64,000 bases of DNA, from assembly GCA_016213895.1 (NCBI GenBank), contig JACQZJ010000117.1, positions 2,361 through 66,360 of the forward strand, given 5' to 3'. The notes beneath the pieces are model-generated. The model saw only the letters and a list, made by a program, of their open reading frames with translations. It did no database searches and was not told where the DNA came from. The DNA comes from Planctomycetota bacterium (GTDB taxonomy: Bacteria; Planctomycetota; B15-G4; JADJEK01). The position numbers were made by a program, and so were the translations under genes. Positions 37,794 to 49,872 of this stretch are shown one piece after another (position 1 is the stretch's first letter; each line of letters starts with the position of its first letter).

Positions 37794-38912
37794 TCAACTC
37801 ACCAGGCCACGCGCCACGAGCTCCTTCGCGGCTTCCTCGAACGTGTCCTCGGCCGTCTGCTCCCTGACCCAATCCACGAGCTCGCCGAGCCCCTCCTCGA
37901 GCGCCACGCGCGGCTGATAGCCGAGCAGCGTGCGCGCCTTGGAGATGTCCGCGTAGCAGTGGCGGATGTCTCCCTCGCGAAACTGATTGCGCACGTCCGG
38001 GCGGTTCTCCAGGTCGAGCCTCTCCTGGAAGAGGTCGTTGATCCTGAGGATGCTCGTGGCGCGGCCGGTGCCGACGTTGAAGACCTGGTAGTCGGCCGCG
38101 TCCTTCTCCATGGCCAGGAGGTTCGCCTGCACCACGTCCGACACGTGCACGAAGTCGCGGCTCTGCCGGCCGTCCTCGAAGATCACCGGCGGGTTGCCGG
38201 CGAGCAGGCGCGTGCCGAAGATCGCGAGCACGCCGGTGTAGGGGTTCGACAGGGCCTGGCGCGAGCCGTAGATGTTGAAGTAGCGGAGAGCCACGGCCGG
38301 CACGCCGTAGGCGCGGCCGAACGCCAGGAACATCTCCTCGTGGTCGCGCTTGGTCACGGCGTAGATGGACGTGGGCTGCAGCGGCTTCTCCTCGGGCGTC
38401 GGGATGGGCCGGACGCTCACGCCGCAGACCGGGCACTTCAGCTCCCAGTCATGCGCCTCCATCTGCGCGCGCGAGCGCAGGGCCGGCGAGACCGCGCCGT
38501 GCTCCTCGCACTCGTAGGCGCCCTCGCCGTAGATCGACATGGAGGAAGCCACGACCAGCTTCTGCACCGAGTGCGGCTCGTTCGCCAGGATGTCGAGCAG
38601 GGTGGCGCCGCCCACGGAGTTGCCGTCCACGTAGCGCCGGATCTGGTACATCGACTGGCCGACGCCCACGTACGCGGCCTCATGGAACACGACCTCCACG
38701 CCGGCAAGCGCGTCCTTCAGGCGCTCCCGATCGCGCACGTCGCCGTGGATGAACTCGATGTCCTCGGCGAGGTAGCTGGGCACCCTCCCGCCCGGGTGCA
38801 CCTGCCGGTCGAGAACGTCGTACACGCGAACGCGGTGTCCTTGCGCCAACAGGGCGTCCACGAGGTGCGAGCCCACGAAGCCCGCCCCACCCGTCACCAG
38901 AATGCGCATTGC
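37794..38912 (-). CDS. NAD-dependent epimerase/dehydratase (SDR family, UDP-sugar 4-epimerase-like)
   Basis: MRILVTGGAGFVGSHLV Rossmann motif, catalytic YAVTK (YxxxK). RBS AGGAGT before the ATG at 38912. Confidence 0.8.
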   Translation of the reverse strand, partial: AMRILVTGGAGFVGSHLVDALLAQGHRVRVYDVLDRQVHPGGRVPSYLAEDIEFIHGDVRDRERLKDALAGVEVVFHEAAYVGVGQSMYQIRRYVDGNSVGGATLLDILANEPHSVQKLVVASSMSIYGEGAYECEEHGAVSPALRSRAQMEAHDWELKCPVCGVSVRPIPTPEEKPLQPTSIYAVTKRDHEEMFLAFGRAYGVPAVALRYFNIYGSRQALSNPYTGVLAIFGTRLLAGNPPVIFEDGRQSRDFVHVSDVVQANLLAMEKDAADYQVFNVGTGRATSILRINDLFQERLDLENRPDVRNQFREGDIRHCYADISKARTLLGYQPRVALEEGLGELVDWVREQTAEDTFEEAAKELVARGLVS

Positions 38913-39384
38913 TGACTCCTTCGTGCCCGGCGCGGCGCTGCACGCGCGCTCTCCGCGCGCGCGGCGCTCGCCTTCGTGCGGGCGCCGCAACCTCGGTGCC
39001 AGCATCGAGAGCGGCCGGCTGGACGCCGCAACCAATGACCCAACCCGTTCTACCTCTGTGACTTACGGTCGCTTGTTCCCCGCGGCAGCCGCTCTGCGAA
39101 AGCCCCGCGCGCCTCGCGCCTCAGGAAGACCTTTCCGCGGCAGCGCAAGCCGCGCGGAAGGGTTTTCGCCGGAGGCGCGCAGCCACGACCGCGGCACGCG
39201 CCGAGTTCCCTTCCAACGGTCGCGCAGGGCGCGACGTATGACGCGAGGGCGCGGTGGCGGCTACCGGACCGGACCGTACGATGTCCTGCACGAGGAATGG
39301 AGCGCGCCTCATCCCCGGGTCGCGACGCGTTTGCAGGGCTTCTGGCGAGCCGCGCCCGTCCCGGTCTGCGCGAGGCTGGTGATC

Positions 39385-41772
<2,388 letters not shown>

Positions 41773-41800
41773 GCGGCGGCCGCGCGCGGCTGCCGCTCTC

Positions 41801-42742
41801 TCACTCGGGGAAGCGGAACTCCCGGAAGTCCTTCTCGAGTTCGGCCGCGCGCTCGTTCAGCAGCTTGGCGGTCTCCAGGCCCGACGAATCGCCGCCGTCC
41901 ACGACCACGCGGATGAAGTCGCTGAAGGGCTCGCTCGTGATCTTCCCCTCGGCGTCCTGCTCGATCCTCGTGCCCGCGCGGTGCCAGCGCAGGTAGGTGA
42001 ACAGGCAGCCCAGCTCCATCATCGTCTCGTGCGCGTTGTTGTTGAACTGCTCCAGGTTGGCGGCGGCCAGGCGGCGTAGGGGGATGAAGCGGTTGCTCTC
42101 GGCGAGGTGCTGGTGCTGCTCGCGGCAATAGACGGGCGCCCAGTAGAGCGCGAAGTAGGCCGCGAGCCCCTCGCTGAAGGCGAGCGGGAGCTGGCGCGCG
42201 CTCGGCTTGGCCTGCTCCAGGTACTGGTGGAAGGCGCTGTGCGTGACCTCCATCTGCAGCTCGAGCATGCTGCCGCGAAAGACCGCGGCGACCGGCTGCT
42301 CAGGGTGCTGGCCGGCGTAGAAGGAGCCGTAGAAGGACGAGTGCTCGGCGCCGAACTGCTCGCCGAAGGCGTTGTAGTCCTGGATGGTCAGGAAGATGAA
42401 GACGCGGAAGTGCTCGGGCGGGACCCAGTCCGTGTCCAGCAGGGTCTGGAAGTGGCCGAGCATGGTCTCGAGGCCGTCCGCGACCTCCTGCGCCATGCGG
42501 CGGCTGTGCGTGGTCTTCACCAGGTAGTGCCGGGTCCTGACCTCCCAGGCCTTGTCGAAGGTCGAGTGGTCCTGGAAGACCTCGCTCGCCTCCTCGAGGC
42601 GGCGCTGGGCAACCTCGACCACTCGGCGCAGCGAGCGCTCGTAGAGCGCCTCGGGAGAGGCGGCTTCCTCGCCAGGGCCCTCCTGGCACGGGGCCGAGGA
42701 GGCCAGCAGGAACAGGCAAATGGCGGGCAAGCGCGCGAACAT
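41801..42742 (-). CDS. secreted hypothetical protein
   Basis: Signal peptide MFARLPAICLFLLASSAPCQEG. Start moved to that internal ATG; the upstream 92 codons of the ORF are Arg/Pro-rich non-coding-like. Confidence 0.45.
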   Translation of the reverse strand: MFARLPAICLFLLASSAPCQEGPGEEAASPEALYERSLRRVVEVAQRRLEEASEVFQDHSTFDKAWEVRTRHYLVKTTHSRRMAQEVADGLETMLGHFQTLLDTDWVPPEHFRVFIFLTIQDYNAFGEQFGAEHSSFYGSFYAGQHPEQPVAAVFRGSMLELQMEVTHSAFHQYLEQAKPSARQLPLAFSEGLAAYFALYWAPVYCREQHQHLAESNRFIPLRRLAAANLEQFNNNAHETMMELGCLFTYLRWHRAGTRIEQDAEGKITSEPFSDFIRVVVDGGDSSGLETAKLLNERAAELEKDFREFRFPE

Positions 42743-42828
42743 GGATCCTCCCTCGCAAGCACGGGCCAGCGCCCATGGTACGCAGCAGGGCGGCGCGTGC
42801 GAGGCGCGCGCGCGGAAATCCGGCCTGG

Positions 42829-43815
42829 TCAGCGCGGGAGCACGACCGCGGCGCCCACGAAACGGCCGGCGCGCAGGTCGTCGAGCGCGTCGTTCGCCCG
42901 TTCCAGAGGATAAGGGCGCACCTCGGTCCGAACCGGCACGCGCGGCGCCAGGCGGAAGAAGTCCTCTCCGTCCTGGCGCGTGAGGTTGGCCACGGAGCGC
43001 AGCACGCGCTCTCCCCACAGGTCACGATAGGGGAAGGAGGGGATGTCGCTCATGTGGATGCCGGCGCAAACCACGATGCCGCCGCGAGCGACCGCGCGCA
43101 AGGAGAGCGGCACGAGCTCGCCGGCCGGGGCGAAGAGGATCGCGGCGTCCAGCTCGACCGGAGGCCGCTCTTCCGCGCCGCCGGCCCAGACGGCGCCGAG
43201 GTCGAGCGCGAAGCGCTGCGCCTGCAGGTCGCCGGCGCGCGTGAAGGCGTACACCTCGCGCCCCTCGTGGCGCGCGACCTGGACGAGGATGTGCGCGGCC
43301 GCGCCGAAGCCGTAGAAGCCCACGCGCCGCGCGTCTCCGACCATGCGCCACGCGCGAAAGCCGATGAGGCCGGCGCACAGGAGCGGCGCCGCCTGCAGGT
43401 CGGAGTACTCCTCGGGGAGCGGGAAGCAGAAGCGCGCGTCCGCCGCGCAGCGCTCGGCGAAGCCGCCGTCCATCTGGTAGCCGGTGTAGCGCGCGCCCGC
43501 GCACAGGTTCTCGCGGCCGGAGGCGCAGTAGCGGCACGCGCCGCAGCTCTCGCCGAGCCAGGGAACGCCCACGCGCTCTCCCACGGCGAAGCGCTCCACG
43601 CCGCTGCCCAGGGTTTCGACCCGGCCGACGATCTGGTGCCCGGGCACGAGCGGCAGCTTCGGCTCGGTCAGGTCGCCGTCCACCACGTGCAGGTCGGTGC
43701 GGCATACGCCGCAGGCGGACACGCTCAGCAGGATCTCGCCGCGGCGCGGCTCAGGCTCGGGGATCTCGGCGAGGCGGAGCGGCCGGCCGGGAGCGTCCAG
43801 AACCTGCGCGCGCAT
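42829..43815 (-). CDS. zinc-dependent alcohol dehydrogenase family oxidoreductase
   Basis: GHQIVGRVE (GHE-like), structural-zinc CxxCxxCxxxxxxxC (CGACRYCASGRENLC), Rossmann GFGAAAHILVQ. ATGA overlap with the upstream gene. Confidence 0.8.
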   Translation of the reverse strand: MRAQVLDAPGRPLRLAEIPEPEPRRGEILLSVSACGVCRTDLHVVDGDLTEPKLPLVPGHQIVGRVETLGSGVERFAVGERVGVPWLGESCGACRYCASGRENLCAGARYTGYQMDGGFAERCAADARFCFPLPEEYSDLQAAPLLCAGLIGFRAWRMVGDARRVGFYGFGAAAHILVQVARHEGREVYAFTRAGDLQAQRFALDLGAVWAGGAEERPPVELDAAILFAPAGELVPLSLRAVARGGIVVCAGIHMSDIPSFPYRDLWGERVLRSVANLTRQDGEDFFRLAPRVPVRTEVRPYPLERANDALDDLRAGRFVGAAVVLPR

Positions 43816-45617
43816 CACTCCCCCAGGGCGGCGTAGCGCACCAGGTAGTACCGGTGCTTCTCCGTGGCGCGAATGCGCTGTGCCACGACTTCGTGCAAGG
43901 CCTCGTCCCAGACGAAGTACTCGTCGATGAACGCGCCGGACGCCGCCTTGTCGCCGCGCTCCTGGATGTCGAGCACGGTCTCCAGCATCTTGGCCACGAC
44001 CTCGTGGAAGCGCTCGTAGTCCACGCTCAGGCGCCCCGAGGCCGCGTCGAACGCGAGCAGCCCGTTCCTCAGGAAGTAGTTCCACTGCATGAGCTGCATG
44101 GTCTGGTAGGGCTGCGCGCGCCGGGGCTTGACGCTCTGCAGCACGCGGCGGATCCCGCTGGCGTAGACCGCGCGCAGGCGCGCGTCGTCGTAGCTGCCGC
44201 CGGCCCGCAGGGCGCGCGCGGAAAACAGCGCCACCAGGTCCGACTTCAGCTCCTCGATGACGTCCGAGTTCTCCTCCAGGGCCGAATCGAGGTCCCTGCC
44301 TTGCGCGTCGACCTTCGGGCCCAGGTAGTGGCCGACCTCGTGCCAGAGGGTGCGGTAGTAGTCGCCGTCGGGCAAGAGCTCGGCGTGGTGCTTCTCGTCC
44401 AGCGCGGCCACGAACTGATCCAGGCGCACCTGGTGCAGCTCGGGGTGCGTCATGACGTTGTAGCGCAGCAGGATGATGCGCCCGTACTTGCGCGTGATGC
44501 GCGCCTCGTTCGGCAGGATGCTCGCGGTATTGGCGCCGCGCGCCTGACCGAAGTCGGCGATCACGTTGTAGACGCCGACCGGTATGTCCTCGCGGATCTT
44601 CTCGTGGCGCGCGCAGGGCAGCGAGTCCTCGACGGCCTGGATGCCCTGAAGCGCCGCGCGCGTGGCGTCGCTGCGCTCGCTGTCCCTGAGCAGCACGCTC
44701 GCGGCGAAGAAGCTCTTCACCGCGTAGAGCGTGTCGTCATACGTCTCGTAGGAGCCGATCTCGGCGTTCACGTTGCCGAGGCGGCCGCACACCCAGGCGG
44801 CGTCGCCGGCCTCGTAGTCGTCGCACAAGAGGTCGCGCGAGCGGTGGCGCAAGTAGTCGGCGAAGTCGGGCTCCTCGGGCGCAATGAGCCGCGCCGCGTC
44901 CCAGAGCAGGCCGGAGACCTCGAGCAAGTCTTGCGCGTAGGCCACGGAGTAGGGCACGGCGTAGTATTCGAGAGCGCGCGCTCCTCCTTGCAGCTCCTCG
45001 AGCCGCGGCTCGAGCCCGGGGTGGAGCGCGGCGAGCACCGGGTGCGTGCGCAGCACCGCGAGGTCGGCGGCCAGCGCCTCGGGCGTGGCGCGCCGCACCA
45101 CCGACCTGAGGTCGAGCAGTTCCGGCCTCAGGTCGGGCGCCTGCTCCAGGAAGCGGTCGAGCGCCGCCTTCTCGCTGCCCCAGGGGTAGACGTTCTTGCC
45201 GTCGCACGTGCCGTCCACGGGCAGGAAGGGCACGCGCTGATTGTCGAGCGTGGTCGCGATCGGGCCCTGGAACAGGCGGTAGAGGTCGAGGAGCCCCTGC
45301 ACTTGCGGGCCGGGCGAGCGCGCCGCCAGCTCCTCGAGCCCCCTGCGCGCCGCGAGCGCCTGGTGGTGCAATGCCTGCTCGTACAGGCGCTGCAGGATCC
45401 GGCCGGCGGCGAGCAGCCGCTCCACCGCCCCCGCCTCGGCCGCGGAGAGCCCGGAGAGGTCTGGAGCCAGGCGCACGGTGAGGGTCTTGTCCAGGAGCGC
45501 GCGCACCTGAGCGTCGCTCCAGTACCCCTCCGGCAGGTCGTCCGCGCGCGCGCCCGCGACGGCAAGCAGCACGGCCGCGGCGAGGAAAAGGGCCGCGGCT
45601 CTCGTCCGATCGAACAT
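43815..45617 (-). CDS. secreted M49-like (dipeptidyl-peptidase III-type) zinc metallopeptidase
   Basis: Signal peptide. HEVGHY (HExxGH) followed by EELKSD (EExxxE/D second zinc motif) at the spacing typical of family M49. Confidence 0.55.
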   Translation of the reverse strand: MFDRTRAAALFLAAAVLLAVAGARADDLPEGYWSDAQVRALLDKTLTVRLAPDLSGLSAAEAGAVERLLAAGRILQRLYEQALHHQALAARRGLEELAARSPGPQVQGLLDLYRLFQGPIATTLDNQRVPFLPVDGTCDGKNVYPWGSEKAALDRFLEQAPDLRPELLDLRSVVRRATPEALAADLAVLRTHPVLAALHPGLEPRLEELQGGARALEYYAVPYSVAYAQDLLEVSGLLWDAARLIAPEEPDFADYLRHRSRDLLCDDYEAGDAAWVCGRLGNVNAEIGSYETYDDTLYAVKSFFAASVLLRDSERSDATRAALQGIQAVEDSLPCARHEKIREDIPVGVYNVIADFGQARGANTASILPNEARITRKYGRIILLRYNVMTHPELHQVRLDQFVAALDEKHHAELLPDGDYYRTLWHEVGHYLGPKVDAQGRDLDSALEENSDVIEELKSDLVALFSARALRAGGSYDDARLRAVYASGIRRVLQSVKPRRAQPYQTMQLMQWNYFLRNGLLAFDAASGRLSVDYERFHEVVAKMLETVLDIQERGDKAASGAFIDEYFVWDEALHEVVAQRIRATEKHRYYLVRYAALGE

Positions 45618-45620
45618 GAT

Positions 45621-46079
45621 TCACCCCCGCCTCAGGTCTTCCTGGTCGATGAGCTGCATCCCTCGTTGCACCAGGGTGCGCGCCGCCGCGTCCGCGTCTT
45701 CCGGGTGGATGGCCAGCACCTGGCGGCCGTCCTTCTGGGCCATGAGGGGATAGATGTAGTGGATGTGCTGCTCGGCCATGAGGATGGCGGCGAGCACGCG
45801 GCGGATGCCCGCGCCAGGCGGCAGCACCACGCCGAGCAGCTCGGTGTCCACCAGGCTGTACCCTTCGGTGGCAAGTACCTCCTTGGCGAGGGTCGGCTGG
45901 TCGACGACCAGGCGCAGCACGGCGTGGTCGGCCGCGTCCACGGTTGAGAGGGCGCAGATCCGGACCTCGGCTGCCTCCAGGGCGCGGTCGAGGGTCAAGA
46001 GGGCTCCGAGCCGGTTCGGCAGGAACACGGAGAGCTGGCGGATGCGCTTGGAAAGCTGGTCCTCGGTCACGTCGGCCAT
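45621..46079 (-). CDS. ACT domain-containing protein
   Basis: Two ACT-like beta-alpha-beta-beta-alpha-beta units (QLSVFLPNRLGALLTLDRALEAAEVRICALS…). RBS AGAGGA before the ATG. Confidence 0.5.
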   Translation of the reverse strand: MADVTEDQLSKRIRQLSVFLPNRLGALLTLDRALEAAEVRICALSTVDAADHAVLRLVVDQPTLAKEVLATEGYSLVDTELLGVVLPPGAGIRRVLAAILMAEQHIHYIYPLMAQKDGRQVLAIHPEDADAAARTLVQRGMQLIDQEDLRRG

Positions 46080-46242
46080 GGCGCGCTCCTCTGCCGCCCC
46101 GTCCCAGCGACGGGCCAAGGAGCATCACCATAACGCGGCCGCGGCAGGGCCGCTCCGGCAAATCGGCGCGGGTACGGTGCTTCCGGCGCGCCCCGGCGGC
46201 CCTGGAGCCGAGCTTCTCCTACAATGCCGCCGGAGGTGCGCC

Positions 46243-47610
46243 ATGACGGGTCTCTCGTTGCTGCTTTGCGGAGCGCTGGCCGCGTCCGCGGGCCAGGCAG
46301 CGCCGGCCAAGGAACTGCCCCGGGTCCTCTTCCTCACGCATTCCGCCGGCTTCGTGCATTCCGTGGTGAAGCGTCCCGAAGCGGGCGGCCTCTCGCTCGC
46401 GGAGCGGCGTCTGGTGGAGGCGGCGGAGGGACGCTTCAAAATCGTGCCTTCCCAGGACTGCGCGCTGCTCGCGCCGCAGGAGCTTCAAGGCTTCGCCGCG
46501 GTCGTGTTCTACACCAGCGGCATGCTGCCGCTCTCCGAGGAGGAGCGCGGGCAGTTCTTCTCGTGGATCAGGAAGGGAGGCGCACTCGTGGGCGTGCACT
46601 CCGCCACCGACACCTGGCCGGAGGTCCCGGAGTACGGCGCGCTCATCGGCGGGCGCTTCGACGGGCATCCCTGGACGCAGGAAGTGGGCGTACGCGTGGA
46701 GGACCGCGCGCACCCGGCCACGCGCCACCTGGAGGAGCGCTTCACCATCGCGGACGAGATCTACCAGCACCGCGACTTCTTCCGCCATCCGCTGCGCGTG
46801 CTGCTCAGCCTCGACCCGGACTCGGTGGACAGCGCGCGCGGCAACAGGCAGGATCGCGACTACGCGCTCGCCTGGTGCTCCGACCACGGGGAGGGGCGCG
46901 TGTTCTACACGGCGCTCGGCCACCGCGAGGAGTTGTTCAGCGACGAGCGCTTCACGCAGCACCTGCTCGGCGCCATCGAGTGGGCCATCAACGGCCCGGA
47001 CTACTCCCCGCCGCCGCCGCAAGGCGCGGTCGTGCTGATCGGCAATGGCGGGCTCTCGGCCTGGCAGGACGAAGCCGGGGGCGAGGCGCTCTGGCGCCTG
47101 GAAGACGGCGAGCTGGAGGTGGTCCCGGGCGCGGGCAGCATCCTGACGCGCGAGGCGTTCGGCGACTGCCTGCTGCATGTCGAGTTCATGACGCCCCCGT
47201 CGCCGGAGGGAGCGGCCGGCCAGGGACGCGGCAACAGCGGCGTCTACCTGCAGGGCCACTACGAGGTGCAGGTGCTCGACTCCTATGGCCTGGAGCCTGG
47301 TCCGGACGACTGCGGCGCGATCTACGGCGTGCGCGCTCCCTCGCTCAACGCCTCGCGGCCGCCCCTGCGCTGGCAGGCCTACGACATACGCTTCCGCGCG
47401 CCGCGGAACGCGTCGAGCGGCGAGAAGGCCGCGAACGCGCGCCTCAGCGTCTGGCACAACGGCATCTGCATCCAGGAGGACGTGGATGTTCCCGGGAGCA
47501 CGCGGGCCGCGCAGGACACGCCCGAGGGCGCGCGCGGGCCGCTCCTGCTGCAGGATCACGGCGCGCCCGTGCGCTACCGGAACGTCTGGCTCGCGCCCCT
47601 GCCCGAGTAG
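46243..47610 (+). CDS. secreted ThuA-like (trehalose utilisation) domain fused to DUF1080 (3-keto-disaccharide hydrolase-like) domain
   Basis: Signal peptide; VLFLTHSAGFVHS…GVHSATDTW…FYTALGHREE (ThuA). C-terminal …LHVEFMTPP…GNSGVYLQGHYEVQVLDSYG (DUF1080). Confidence 0.6.
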   Translation: MTGLSLLLCGALAASAGQAAPAKELPRVLFLTHSAGFVHSVVKRPEAGGLSLAERRLVEAAEGRFKIVPSQDCALLAPQELQGFAAVVFYTSGMLPLSEEERGQFFSWIRKGGALVGVHSATDTWPEVPEYGALIGGRFDGHPWTQEVGVRVEDRAHPATRHLEERFTIADEIYQHRDFFRHPLRVLLSLDPDSVDSARGNRQDRDYALAWCSDHGEGRVFYTALGHREELFSDERFTQHLLGAIEWAINGPDYSPPPPQGAVVLIGNGGLSAWQDEAGGEALWRLEDGELEVVPGAGSILTREAFGDCLLHVEFMTPPSPEGAAGQGRGNSGVYLQGHYEVQVLDSYGLEPGPDDCGAIYGVRAPSLNASRPPLRWQAYDIRFRAPRNASSGEKAANARLSVWHNGICIQEDVDVPGSTRAAQDTPEGARGPLLLQDHGAPVRYRNVWLAPLPE

Positions 47611-47764
47611 CTGGCCGGAAAGGGCGGCGCGGCAGCGGGCGCGGAAGCCCTGCAAGGAAAGAGGCGCGGCGCCGTATGGTAGAAGGCGCGCGCTGGCCGC
47701 CGCGGCCCGGACGCATTCAGTCCCGGGCGCGGGCGGCGCGCTTCTCCGGAAAGCGGGAACGCCC

Positions 47765-49633
47765 ATGTCGTTCGTGCTGCGCTTCATCGTCCTATTGGCA
47801 CTCGGGCAGGCGCAAGACCGCTTCGAGGCGCCGATCGCGGCGCTCTCCTTTGCGCCGCCGCCCGGGTTCGAGCAGGTCGCGGCCCGGCCGCCCGCCGTGT
47901 ACGAGGCGGTGCGGCGCGAGAAGACCCAGGAGCGGGCCCGCCTGGTGCTGTTCGTGGCGCCGGCGCCCGCGCACGCGGACCCCGGCGACGCGCTGGCCGG
48001 AGCCCTGCAGGTCACCGCCGCCTACACGACCTGCCTCCCGTCCTACTCGGGCTCCGCGCCCGCGCCCGGGGAGACCGTGATCCTGCGGGGAGAGGACGGC
48101 CTGGACTCGGCGCTCCTGGCTTTCGTGCCCGAACCGGACCGCTTCCTCGGGCTCTTGCTGTTCGGGCGCGCCGCGGAAGTGGACGGTCTGGCCGAAGACT
48201 TGCTCGACTCGGCCCATTCGCTCTCCGAGCCGGCCGCTGGCCACCCCTTCGAGCCGCCGGTCCATCTCGTCGATCCACGGCACGGCTGCGCCCTCTGGCT
48301 GCCCGCGGGCTTCGACACGCAGGGCGACGTGCTCGCGCCCGGTCTGGCCGAGGCCCGTTTGCCCTTCCACCTGGGGCTGCCCGCGGCGATCTCCCTGTCG
48401 CTCGAAAAGCGGCTCCTCGACAAGCCGCTCGAGGAAGCGGCGCTCGAGCTGAGCGAGCGCCTCGCGGCCGAGGAGGGCACTGCCCTGCTCGAGTTCGCGG
48501 AGGAGCAGCTCGGGTCGCTTGCCGCCTTCCGCATCGAGCTGGCGCACGCGGATCCGCCGGCGCGGAGCGTCACGCACATCATCGACCTCGAGAGGCACCG
48601 CGTGCGCTTGACGCTGTCCGCCCCGGAGCAGCGCTTCGAGCGCTTCCGCGCCGCCTTCGCGGCCGCGGCAGAGAGCGCGCGCGCCATCGAGCGCCGTCTC
48701 AGGGTCGAGCTGGAACCGCGCTTCACGGACTCGGAGCACGGCTTCTCGATCCGGCCGCCCCAGGGCTTCGAGCGCGCCGGCGGCGGCGCGGCGCTCGTCA
48801 CGTTCCTGGAGGCGACGCTGCCGCCGCGCACCGGACTCTGCATCGACATCCTCTCCGATGTCGCGCCGCCCCGCAGCCTCGATGAGCTGGCGCAGCTCGC
48901 CGTCCTGCGCGGCGGCCCCTTGCTGCAGAACGCCCCGGCTGACCTGCCCCCGTCGAGCAAGCTCTTGAACGGCATGATGGCGGCGCGCTACGCCACGGCA
49001 GAGGGGGACGAGGCAGAGGCGCCGCTCCAGGTCTGTTGGCTGGTTGCGGCCGGGAACGCGGTGTTCGACGTGCGCTTCACGGCCATGCGCGGCGAATGGC
49101 CGCTGTACGCGGAGCTCATCGAGGCGTCGGTGCGCTCCTTCCGGGCGGTGAAGCGGTCGATCGCGCCCGACCTGGGCGAGCGCGTGGGCGCGGGCGCGCT
49201 CGGCGCCAGCTTCCGCCCGCCGCGCGGCTGGAGGCAGGTGGAAGAGGAGGGGGCGCGCATCGCCTTCGTCGAGGAAGGCGAGGAGGTTTTCCCGGCGCGC
49301 GTCGAGCTGGCCGCCGATCCCCTGCCCCCGGAGCAGCGCCTGGCCGGCCTGGCAGAGGCGTACCGTGGCGCGGCGGTCGCCGATCTCGTGGCCCGGGGAG
49401 CGGCCGAGGTGCGGGTCGAGGAGGCGAGCGGCGCCCTCAAGGAAGGCTCCGTGCGCTTGCGCCTCCGCATCGCCTACAACGTCGCGGGGCAGCCGCTGCG
49501 CGAGCTGAGAGAGGCGATCCAGCTCGAGGACAGGATCTGCCATGTCCGCGCGTTCTCCTCCGGCGCGCGCTTCAACGACTTGCGCCTGCTGTTCGAGGCC
49601 TGCGTCTCCTCTCTCCGGGCCGGAGGGGAGTGA
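47765..49633 (+). CDS. secreted hypothetical protein (622 aa)
   Basis: Signal peptide MSFVLRFIVLLALGQAQ. Coherent protein-like composition with no recognisable catalytic motif. Confidence 0.45.
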   Translation: MSFVLRFIVLLALGQAQDRFEAPIAALSFAPPPGFEQVAARPPAVYEAVRREKTQERARLVLFVAPAPAHADPGDALAGALQVTAAYTTCLPSYSGSAPAPGETVILRGEDGLDSALLAFVPEPDRFLGLLLFGRAAEVDGLAEDLLDSAHSLSEPAAGHPFEPPVHLVDPRHGCALWLPAGFDTQGDVLAPGLAEARLPFHLGLPAAISLSLEKRLLDKPLEEAALELSERLAAEEGTALLEFAEEQLGSLAAFRIELAHADPPARSVTHIIDLERHRVRLTLSAPEQRFERFRAAFAAAAESARAIERRLRVELEPRFTDSEHGFSIRPPQGFERAGGGAALVTFLEATLPPRTGLCIDILSDVAPPRSLDELAQLAVLRGGPLLQNAPADLPPSSKLLNGMMAARYATAEGDEAEAPLQVCWLVAAGNAVFDVRFTAMRGEWPLYAELIEASVRSFRAVKRSIAPDLGERVGAGALGASFRPPRGWRQVEEEGARIAFVEEGEEVFPARVELAADPLPPEQRLAGLAEAYRGAAVADLVARGAAEVRVEEASGALKEGSVRLRLRIAYNVAGQPLRELREAIQLEDRICHVRAFSSGARFNDLRLLFEACVSSLRAGGE

Positions 49634-49872
49634 CTCGGTCATGCCCGGAGGAAAGATCCCGCCGCCAGGACGTGACAGAAGCCGCCGGCCAGGGCTACAA
49701 TAGGCGTGCAGGCAAGTGGTGCCCGTGCGGCCGGTTACCGCGTGAGTTGGCTCTCATCCCGCCTCACAAACTCATCCCCACTCCATTGCTCGACCCGGGT
49801 CTCGACCGCGTTTTCCGGCGCGGCCACGGGGCGAGCCGCACGAACGGAGGATCCTGGCGCCAGGTCCGGTAG